From IMG/VR virus record IMGVR_UViG_3300016263_000771, positions 1 through 38,683 of that record: a stretch of 38,683 bases of DNA; one strand, given 5' to 3'. Position numbers and translations under genes: made by a program. This document shows positions 17,412 through 24,447 of this stretch, one piece after another. The first letter of the stretch is position 1, and each line of letters begins with the position of its first letter. Source of the DNA: a virus. Its lineage: Duplodnaviria > Caudoviricetes. The notes beneath the pieces were generated by a model, which saw only the letters and a list, made by a program, of their open reading frames with translations, was not told the origin of the DNA and made no database searches.

Positions 17412-17561
17412 AAAACAAATTAGGAGAATAAGTTTATTAATAAGTTCTAATCTATAAGCTATTGTAAATACAACTTATTTACAGATAAGATGTACAGCTT
17501 CCGTGCTGCCCGATTGCGACTCGGTCTGCATCATACAACTTTCTAGCAAAGGGATTCTATC

Positions 17562-18338
17562 ATGGCTGGACAAAAAAGCAACACCCAAGACCAATTCAAA
17601 CTAAAATCACCTAAACCACGTTATATAAATATCTACGAAAATATTTTCTTGGCTTTATCTGTTGAGGCATTAAAAGTATACATGACCTTGCGTTATGAAT
17701 CAGACTACGCAAGAGACTGCTCATCTGTTGCCAGAAACATACAATTTATTATAAATAAAACAGGTATTTCCAGACGCAAGATTATCTATTGCTTTAAAGA
17801 GCTAGAGCAACACGGCCTATTATTTATTGAAAGAAAAAAAGGCTTTCAATCGGTCTATTGGGTAGCTTCAGATTTAAATCATTTTAATAAGACACAGCCT
17901 GATGAACCAGTGCATGATATGCATGACCATGTGCATGAGGTGCATGACCCCGTGCATGAGGTGCATGACATAAACAATAATTTATGCATTAATAATTCAA
18001 CTAATAGTGAATCTGACGATTCACCAGCAACTGATTTTGTTAATCAGGTCATTGATGTTTATCATGAGCAGTTACCAGAAATGCCTAAAATCAAACTTGT
18101 TACTAATGAAATTAAAAGGGCGGTTAGGGTGCTAGAAAAGGAATGGATAAATATCAAAGGTGATAAAATAACAATTCAAGCAATAAGCAGATACTTTGAA
18201 GGAAGAAGAAAACTAACCCCATGGATATTACAACCCTATCAAACTAAAGATGGTAATACACGTAGGTCACGCTTGATTAACATTATAAGAATTGACAATG
18301 TTCGAAAGTTTTACAACGGAGATTATCAAAATGGTTAA
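17562..18338 (+). CDS. Replication initiator (lambda O-like architecture)
   Basis: N-terminal wHTH (TGISRRKII...KELEQHGL), internal iteron-encoded repeat PVHDMHDHVHEVHDPVHEVHD, upstream of dnaB. Confidence 0.75.
   Translation: MAGQKSNTQDQFKLKSPKPRYINIYENIFLALSVEALKVYMTLRYESDYARDCSSVARNIQFIINKTGISRRKIIYCFKELEQHGLLFIERKKGFQSVYWVASDLNHFNKTQPDEPVHDMHDHVHEVHDPVHEVHDINNNLCINNSTNSESDDSPATDFVNQVIDVYHEQLPEMPKIKLVTNEIKRAVRVLEKEWINIKGDKITIQAISRYFEGRRKLTPWILQPYQTKDGNTRRSRLINIIRIDNVRKFYNGDYQNG
17910..18006. repeat. Replication origin: iterons plus AT-rich tract
   Basis: TGCATGA at 17911, 17920, 17932, 17941, 17953, 17962 (21-bp period), then AT-rich 17971-18006. Confidence 0.75.
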
Positions 18339-19644
18339 TCAAGATTTGGAAAAAAAGATATTAATCTGTTTGATGCAGTCTATTGAAATTGATAATGACC
18401 TCAAACTTGCGTTGATGAGACTTAAAGAGCAGTATTTTTATAAACCCATTCACAAAGATATTTTTAAATTGTTGCTGAGTCGATATAACGAAAATAAATC
18501 ATTACATTTTATTGATGTTATAGCTCATGCGCCTGATGACAACGAAATTTATTTACTATTGCATGATTATATTTCAGAAAGTGTCACTGGCTTTTATAAG
18601 CTTTATGACACTGATATTGAGCTACTAATATCTAACTATCATTTGCGCGAGAGAGTTGCTCAAAACGAAAGATTGTTGAAAGATGTTAAAAATCACCCTG
18701 AACCACAAGAAGCATTAAAGCGTTATACTGCACAATTAGCAAGTATTGCTAATTTTACCGATTATCAGTCAAATGGCGTTAGTTTAGCAGAAGCAGCAGA
18801 AAAGCATTATAACGACAAAGACAATAAAATTGAGCGTGTAGAAACTGGCATTTATCATTTTGATTCTATGCTGGGTGGTGGGTTTATGGCTGGCACACTG
18901 GCGACATTTGCAGCGGGGGCAGGAGTGGGCAAAACTTACCTAGCAGTATTTTTGTTTGATGCAATTTTAAAACGTAATCCCGAACAACAAGGTTTATTTT
19001 TTAGCTTAGAAATGAGACACCAAGATATTATCGAAAGACAAAAAGCAACCCGATTAAACAAGATTTATAAAAGCTTTAATGAGGAAGAACATATAAAAGC
19101 AACGCAAGAACTAATGTTAACCAAAGGGCGCATCTATGATAGCAGTATCGCCCCAGATTGTTCAGACTTGGATTATATTTGCACTACCGCAAAAATTGAA
19201 CACGCTAAGACACCGCTTAAAGTTGTAGTTATTGACTACATGACAGCGATTGAAACATCAAAGCGTTTTGATAGAGATGATTTAAAATATAAGTATATCG
19301 CTTCAAAGTTAGCTAAACTTGCAATTGACCTTGGATGTTTGATTATTACGCTAGTACATATTAACCGCAATCCGGCGCAAAGGGCGATTGATGACCGAGT
19401 GCCAAGACCGTCGGACGAAACTCAGTCGCAAGGGGCGCATGTGTCAAGTTCATATTGGTTCGGACTTGATAGACCGTTTTTGCATACCCATAGTGATAGA
19501 GATAAAAATACTTTTATTATTGCATGTAGGAAGAATAGGTATGGAAGTGAGTTTATAGCCCAAACTATGTTTAACACTGGGCTATTTAGCAGTAATTTTG
19601 GTTATTACACACAACAAGAAAAGACTAATCCAAGCGATTATTGA
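18331..19644 (+). CDS. dnaB: Replicative helicase, DnaB family (divergent)
   Basis: TG...FD.MLGGG, Walker A AGAGVGKT, FSLEM, VVIDY, KNRYG; ATG 18331 follows GGAG. Confidence 0.85.
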   Translation: MVNQDLEKKILICLMQSIEIDNDLKLALMRLKEQYFYKPIHKDIFKLLLSRYNENKSLHFIDVIAHAPDDNEIYLLLHDYISESVTGFYKLYDTDIELLISNYHLRERVAQNERLLKDVKNHPEPQEALKRYTAQLASIANFTDYQSNGVSLAEAAEKHYNDKDNKIERVETGIYHFDSMLGGGFMAGTLATFAAGAGVGKTYLAVFLFDAILKRNPEQQGLFFSLEMRHQDIIERQKATRLNKIYKSFNEEEHIKATQELMLTKGRIYDSSIAPDCSDLDYICTTAKIEHAKTPLKVVVIDYMTAIETSKRFDRDDLKYKYIASKLAKLAIDLGCLIITLVHINRNPAQRAIDDRVPRPSDETQSQGAHVSSSYWFGLDRPFLHTHSDRDKNTFIIACRKNRYGSEFIAQTMFNTGLFSSNFGYYTQQEKTNPSDY

Positions 19645-20144
19645 TTGATATCTAGAAGCTTATTGCATTGCTCTTCAAGTTGCTTTTTGCGTTCCAAAAT
19701 TTTGTCGGGTATTGGTACGCTATTAACCTGTAGACTATCAAAAACGCTTTGTACAAAACCCAATGCTTGACCCAGCAAAAATGATAAATTGCTTATGTGT
19801 TCCTTGCGTTTATGATTAGCTAAGTACTTAATTTTTTGCATTGTTGGCGACTCAACCGATGTTTTAGCCTCAAATAAATCAACCTTATTTGGTTCAGCGT
19901 GAGGATTTTTTATAATTGAGCCTTTTGGTTTGCCGGGCTTTCTATATGCTTTCGGATTATCTTTTAATGCTGCTATTGCACGCTCACAATTTTGTAAATC
20001 ATCATCTTGTACGTCCTTAAGCCTACGTAGTGCAACCATTCTGTGGTATTTAATACCCATTTCCTCAGCTATTGCTTTTGCTGACATATTAGACTTTGAA
20101 ACTAGCTCATCAATCGGTGAACGATAGTATTTTTGTTCTTTCAT
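19638..20144 (-). CDS. Hypothetical protein with possible N-terminal HTH
   Basis: MSAKAIAEEMGIKY; ACAAGGA leader. Confidence 0.55.
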   Translation of the reverse strand: MKEQKYYRSPIDELVSKSNMSAKAIAEEMGIKYHRMVALRRLKDVQDDDLQNCERAIAALKDNPKAYRKPGKPKGSIIKNPHAEPNKVDLFEAKTSVESPTMQKIKYLANHKRKEHISNLSFLLGQALGFVQSVFDSLQVNSVPIPDKILERKKQLEEQCNKLLDINQ

Positions 20145-20161
20145 TACCTGTCCTTGTTAAA

Positions 20162-20191
20162 ATACCCTCTAAAAATGATTTTAAAGGGTAT
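20162..20191 (-). terminator. Stem-loop/terminator
   Basis: 13-bp stem AUACCCUUUAAAA/UUUUAGAGGGUAU (G-U on minus strand) followed by UUU. Confidence 0.55.
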
Positions 20192-20220
20192 AGGTTGAAT
20201 TATTTTGTTTAAGTAATACC

Positions 20221-20445
20221 TTAGAATGGGTTACCGCTTGGATGTGGCTCAAAATGCGTTATATGCGGTTTTAGCTTTTTTATTACTGCATCGTGATTAA
20301 CAACATAAATATAATTATCAGATTTATGTATAGTTTGAAAATGCACGTCACTTAGTGATGAATGCAATTCCTCGATAAACTTTTCGCAATCCGAGTTATA
20401 TTTAAACTCAATGCGGTGTTCTCTGTTAATAATTAGTATTACCAT
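20221..20445 (-). CDS. Small hypothetical early protein
   Basis: 74 aa; AAACAAGGAG leader. Confidence 0.7.
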   Translation of the reverse strand: MVILIINREHRIEFKYNSDCEKFIEELHSSLSDVHFQTIHKSDNYIYVVNHDAVIKKLKPHITHFEPHPSGNPF

Positions 20446-20485
20446 TTTTATCTCCTTGTTTAACAGTGTTTAACAATGTATAAAT

Positions 20486-20692
20486 TTATTCTTTAGCCTC
20501 TTGTTGCGCCTCTAAACGCTCCTTTAATAGCTCTTTACCCGTAAAAATCAAGAACTCTTTAAGATGTTTAATGCTTGATATGTCAATACATGTACCGCTT
20601 GTAAGCTCAGTTTCCATTATTGCGATGCAACCAGTTGCATAAGACAATTGGTTTAGCATATAAGTTATTAATTTATCTTTTTTGTAATCCAT
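20486..20692 (-). CDS. Small hypothetical early protein
   Basis: 68 aa; GAGGA RBS, tiles with neighbours. Confidence 0.65.
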   Translation of the reverse strand: MDYKKDKLITYMLNQLSYATGCIAIMETELTSGTCIDISSIKHLKEFLIFTGKELLKERLEAQQEAKE

Positions 20693-20694
20693 AA

Positions 20695-20922
20695 TTAAAT
20701 TTCCTCGAACATGTTGTTAATTTTAAAATAGCCATCTTCTTCCGTTTGTATCCATTCCGCCCCGATTTCATCTAGGTAACTCTCGAACGCCTTGCCGTAG
20801 GCGTTGGGGAATTGCTCTAAGACTTCGCTTGGAAAAAATGAGAAGTCTTCAATCACTATTGTTTCGTACTTTGTATCTAGATGCTCATGAAACATATCAA
20901 GCAAGTCTCTATCTGTTATCAT
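20695..20922 (-). CDS. Small acidic early protein
   Basis: 75 aa D/E-rich; AAAACAAGGA leader. Confidence 0.75.
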   Translation of the reverse strand: MITDRDLLDMFHEHLDTKYETIVIEDFSFFPSEVLEQFPNAYGKAFESYLDEIGAEWIQTEEDGYFKINNMFEEI

Positions 20923-20950
20923 TGTGTTATTTCCTTGTTTTGTAAAAAAA

Positions 20951-21109
20951 TTATGCTTTACTTTTACATAGTATAAAATTCAAGTGATTAAAATATCTTT
21001 CTGCATCCCCAACACACTCTTTATAAATGTTTTGCTCAATGCCTTTGCTCATAAACTGCAACGCTGTTTTTAAAGCTTGTTCGAGTTCTTTTTCTCGCTT
21101 AGTTATCAT
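20951..21109 (-). CDS. Small hypothetical early protein
   Basis: MITKREK..., start fixed by the AAAACAAGGAG leader. Confidence 0.7.
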   Translation of the reverse strand: MITKREKELEQALKTALQFMSKGIEQNIYKECVGDAERYFNHLNFILCKSKA

Positions 21110-21157
21110 TGTATTATCTCCTTGTTTTATTAAATAAGTGGGCATAGCCCACGGTTA

Positions 21158-21409
21158 CTATTCTTCAAATGTGAATGTAAGTTTATCGTCATGCATTACA
21201 AAAACTTTGTCGTTATTTGGCAATGTGCCGCCGTAGTAAAAATCAAACCAACCCATTTTTTCTGCTAGTTGACGTGCTGCATCAATGTAACCCTGTTCTT
21301 CATCATTATGATTGAAGAGAATTGTTACAGAGCCACCTTTGCAAAAAGCTTTAAGTCGTGATGGTTTTGTTTCTGTTGCTGCTAAATATTTAACTTGTAT
21401 TGCTTGCAT
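21158..21409 (-). CDS. Small hypothetical early protein
   Basis: MQAIQVKYL.AT..KPSRLKA; AAAACAAGGA leader; first gene after a strong promoter. Confidence 0.75.
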   Translation of the reverse strand: MQAIQVKYLAATETKPSRLKAFCKGGSVTILFNHNDEEQGYIDAARQLAEKMGWFDFYYGGTLPNNDKVFVMHDDKLTFTFEE

Positions 21410-21447
21410 TGTATTGTTTCCTTGTTTTATGTAAAATTAACTTTATT

Positions 21448-21475
21448 ATTATAGTATATTATGTGATGTTGTCAA
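21448..21475 (-). promoter_or_regulatory. Strong sigma70 promoter
   Basis: TTGACA-16-TATAAT. Confidence 0.8.
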
Positions 21476-21537
21476 ATGTTATAGCTTAAGATAAATCAGA
21501 AATAGAACAATTAGTATTGCTGTTTGTGTTGTCATGA

Positions 21538-21762
21538 TTAATCCCAAACCTTTTCGATTGTTGTTGGATTGTTCCAATCGCATGCGTTTGATTCATCATC
21601 AATACAGGGGTTATAGTCTCCAAGTATGTTATAACGTAATTTGTACTCTTTGCCTGTTATTTTGCAGGTTGCATATTGTGTATAGTAAGATTCGTAACCA
21701 AAAAAGGTTAAAGCGCCATCTAGATACGCCTCGTCGATTAAGTTTAAATCTGTAATTTTCAT
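21538..21762 (-). CDS. Small acidic early protein
   Basis: 74 aa, ends DDESNACDWNNP; co-oriented with the cluster. Confidence 0.65.
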   Translation of the reverse strand: MKITDLNLIDEAYLDGALTFFGYESYYTQYATCKITGKEYKLRYNILGDYNPCIDDESNACDWNNPTTIEKVWD

Positions 21763-21765
21763 AAA

Positions 21766-21972
21766 TTAGTCTCTCAAGTTAGGTAAAACATAAGTTAAAA
21801 TAATGTCGTCAAGTAAATCTGATGTGATTGCATCATCAGAAAACTTAGCAATAACTAACACTAACCACGCTTGTTCGTCGCTTAAATTGCGCTCTAAGGC
21901 GTGTACGTCGTCAATATTCCAATACTTGCCATTTTTATCTAATAACGAATAGCCCGTGATAGTTCTTGTCAT
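21766..21972 (-). CDS. Small hypothetical early protein
   Basis: WNIDDV...LSDEQAW.VL; tiles with neighbours. Confidence 0.65.
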   Translation of the reverse strand: MTRTITGYSLLDKNGKYWNIDDVHALERNLSDEQAWLVLVIAKFSDDAITSDLLDDIILTYVLPNLRD

Positions 21973-21974
21973 GA

Positions 21975-22208
21975 TTAACCCCAAAATTCAGCGGTGTAGT
22001 CGGAAAAACTGGCGTAGGGTATAGGCGTTTCATGGCCAGCAACTAACCAAAGCGGTGAGCCTGTAAAATCCATGTTTTTGCATGGGTCTTCATCGTCCCA
22101 GTCCTGTTGGTCTTCTATAATTTGTTCACGTGTAAAGAGGTATGTATCTTCTTCTACTTCAAAAAGGCCTGTATCAGTTAACTTTTTAATAATTTGTGAT
22201 ATATACAT
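21975..22208 (-). CDS. Small acidic early protein
   Basis: 77 aa, EDQQDWDDED; AAAACAAGGA leader. Confidence 0.72.
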   Translation of the reverse strand: MYISQIIKKLTDTGLFEVEEDTYLFTREQIIEDQQDWDDEDPCKNMDFTGSPLWLVAGHETPIPYASFSDYTAEFWG

Positions 22209-22254
22209 TGTTTAAGTTCCTTGTTTTATGCGCCAGCCTTGAGCTGGCTAGGTA

Positions 22255-22494
22255 TTAGTTGAAAATGTTGTAAGCGGTTTGAAAGTCATCATCTAAATAA
22301 ACGTCGCCGTCCATATCGATTTTAAGCACTGAGCCATCGTTAAACGTGAAAATAAAAGTATTTACGTGTTCATGGTCACATGTTTCATCTAAATCAGCCG
22401 AGTCAACTGTGCAAAAAACTAACTTAATGCAAGTTATAACTTTGTCAAAACGGTATTCAATAATTTTATTAAAAATGTATGCTGCTTTTGTCAT
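22255..22494 (-). CDS. Small acidic early protein
   Basis: 79 aa, FTFNDGSVL; AAAACAAGGA leader. Confidence 0.72.
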   Translation of the reverse strand: MTKAAYIFNKIIEYRFDKVITCIKLVFCTVDSADLDETCDHEHVNTFIFTFNDGSVLKIDMDGDVYLDDDFQTAYNIFN

Positions 22495-22523
22495 GATAAA
22501 TTTCCTTGTTTTGTAAAAAAGGG

Positions 22524-22763
22524 CTATAAGCCCTTGCGGTGACGAATGATTGTAATAAGTCTATCGTTGATGTAACTATCAAGCTCAATGTTAGTTTCGC
22601 AAAAACATGAATTTGTCATGATTTCACGATTAAAGTAGAAAGGGTGGGCTTGCACAAGTGATAGCGCATATAGCAGCCTGCCACGTGTGCCATCTTCTGC
22701 CATCATTGCTTCATGTTTTAATCGCATGATTTTATCGATAAAAATATTTAAGTCTTTTTGCAT
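22524..22763 (-). CDS. Small hypothetical early protein
   Basis: MQKDLN..., start fixed by the AAAACAAGGA leader. Confidence 0.7.
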   Translation of the reverse strand: MQKDLNIFIDKIMRLKHEAMMAEDGTRGRLLYALSLVQAHPFYFNREIMTNSCFCETNIELDSYINDRLITIIRHRKGL

Positions 22764-22795
22764 TGTATTGTTTCCTTGTTTTTGTTGATGCACTC

Positions 22796-22824
22796 AGTAT
22801 ATAAAGTTAATTTTAGAGTGTCAA
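22796..22824 (-). promoter_or_regulatory. Strong sigma70 promoter with an operator in the spacer
   Basis: TTGACA-17-TATACT; spacer contains TAAAATTAACTTTA. Confidence 0.8.
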
Positions 22825-22991
22825 TACAATCTTATAAAAAAGTTGCGCAATTATCATTATTTAAGATATAGTTAGTGTATGACGCAAAAAGAGTAAATTT
22901 TTAACATTTAACTATGATATTGATTAAACAATAGAATACGTGCTTATAAACAGCATTTAAACATGGTTATAAACAAGATATGTGAGTAAAA

Positions 22992-23216
22992 ATGAGTTAT
23001 CAGAGATGTGACCGTTGCAGGGGTCAAAAGAAAGTTAGGGGCTTAGGCTGTTTACTTAAAAAGTGTGACGTGTGTTTGGGGACTGGGTACATCGAATCAG
23101 AGACAGAGACAGAACAAGAGCCTGAAGTTTCTGAGACTGTACAAAAAATGGATGTTGAGCCAGAAGTAAATAAACCAAAGAAAAAATCACATTGGAGCAA
23201 GAAAGATGCAACTTAA
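22992..23216 (+). CDS. DnaJ-type zinc-finger small protein
   Basis: CDRCRG...CDVCLGTG. Confidence 0.7.
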   Translation: MSYQRCDRCRGQKKVRGLGCLLKKCDVCLGTGYIESETETEQEPEVSETVQKMDVEPEVNKPKKKSHWSKKDAT

Positions 23217-23631
23217 GAAGGAGTTATCTGAGTTTCAACTAGAGCAATGTGACAAAATTTGTCGTGCTATAGCTACTGATACAGATAGCTTGGAATCTTT
23301 AATCAAAAAGTATGATTTACCACCAATCCAAACAATTTATGATTGGCTGTATAATAGTGAAGCATTTTCAGAAATGTATGCGCGAGCAAAACGCATTCAG
23401 GCGCAAAGAATGGTTGAAGAGTTAGACAAAATTGCAAGCGATAAACTTTATTATGAAGATGACAAGGGAAACAAGCGAGTTGATAGTGGTTATAGTCAAA
23501 GTCAGCGATTAATAGCAGATACTAGGAAGTGGATTGCGTGCAAATTGATACCAAAGGTCTACGGTGACAAGCAACAAGTAGAGCAAACAATTACGGTTAA
23601 GCATGAAGATGCACTAAAAGATTTAGAATAG
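23206..23631 (+). CDS. terS: Terminase small subunit (Sf6 gp1-like)
   Basis: ICRAIA...P..TIYDWL...F.EMYARA...RL..DTRKW...KL.PKVYGDK. Confidence 0.85.
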   Translation: MQLKKELSEFQLEQCDKICRAIATDTDSLESLIKKYDLPPIQTIYDWLYNSEAFSEMYARAKRIQAQRMVEELDKIASDKLYYEDDKGNKRVDSGYSQSQRLIADTRKWIACKLIPKVYGDKQQVEQTITVKHEDALKDLE

Positions 23632-23648
23632 TACAGCGATTGAAATAG

Positions 23649-23674
23649 AAGCCCCTAGTGGGCTTTTTTTGTTT
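23649..23674 (+). terminator. Rho-independent terminator after terS
   Basis: AAGCCC-ctagt-GGGCTT plus T run. Confidence 0.8.
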
Positions 23675-23807
23675 CTGAAGCAAATGCATTAGGTGGGGTA
23701 AAATAATCGCTCTACGGGCTTCTGGTGAGGTCAAATATCAGTGTGGTGTTTTTGTTAATCGGGGAATGCGCTGGCTAACAAATATTGCAATAATATATTG
23801 AAATGTG

Positions 23808-23836
23808 TTGACATGTATTAATATAGACAGTATCAT
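23808..23836 (+). promoter_or_regulatory. sigma70 promoter
   Basis: TTGACA-17-TATCAT. Confidence 0.7.
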
Positions 23837-23881
23837 ACACACATAGACAATAAGTCGCGTTAATTTAAAACAAGGGATAGT

Positions 23882-24133
23882 ATGACAATAGCAGAACAAT
23901 TAAAGAACGTTCGCGTGGAAGGCTTTGATAGGTGGGATATCTGGACAATGTGTGCAATACAAGCAGAGCTAGATACGGAACACGACGGCGGGTCAATGTG
24001 GATATTTCAGGATAACTCAGCAATAGAGTGGCACCCTGATGATGTTTGGACACACAAACACATTGAATTCAACGAGAATGAGCCTCAAGAGTGGGGCAAT
24101 GAAGATAGTTACGAAGATTGGATAGGGGATTAA
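23882..24133 (+). CDS. Small very acidic Trp-rich protein
   Basis: 83 aa, 21 D/E vs 4 K/R, 7 Trp; AAAACAAGGGA leader. Confidence 0.75.
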   Translation: MTIAEQLKNVRVEGFDRWDIWTMCAIQAELDTEHDGGSMWIFQDNSAIEWHPDDVWTHKHIEFNENEPQEWGNEDSYEDWIGD

Positions 24134-24190
24134 TTTCCCCTTTTTGGGGCAAATGGAATTGGCTGGAAAAAAACGGTTGCCCTTTTGGAA

Positions 24191-24307
24191 TTAAAATTTA
24201 TATTTATAGTACCCACCATAACTGGATAACCCCAATTTTTCATTACCAAAACATTGTTCAAATATTAAACTTACCCCATATAAACTCCAAATATAATTTT
24301 CAATCAT
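24191..24307 (-). CDS. Possible 38-aa ORF
   Basis: MIENYIWSLYGVSLIF...; preceded by AAACAAGG but lies in compositionally skewed DNA. Confidence 0.2.
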   Translation of the reverse strand: MIENYIWSLYGVSLIFEQCFGNEKLGLSSYGGYYKYKF

Positions 24308-24392
24308 CAAAACCTTGTTTAAATAATTAACACCCCCTTATACACAATCTGCCTTTCCCCCAAAATCCTCTTCTTTCCTTTCTTTTCTTTAT

Positions 24393-24421
24393 TTGACTAT
24401 ATTCGGACGCCGATGTAGATT
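24393..24421 (+). promoter_or_regulatory. Possible promoter of thymidine kinase
   Basis: TTGACT-17-TAGATT. Confidence 0.45.
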
Positions 24422-24447
24422 GTTGGCATTATTATTTAAGGAATGTC

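Noticed and set aside
17490-17535. tRNA-like element
   Set aside because: Only two short stems; no T-loop GTTC or acceptor stem
20151-22782. CRISPR-like array
   Set aside because: Repeats are degenerate leaders separated by whole ORFs of 150-700 bp, not constant-length spacers
24118-24330. 70-aa plus-strand ORF
   Set aside because: No convincing RBS; composition reflects the G-poor tract
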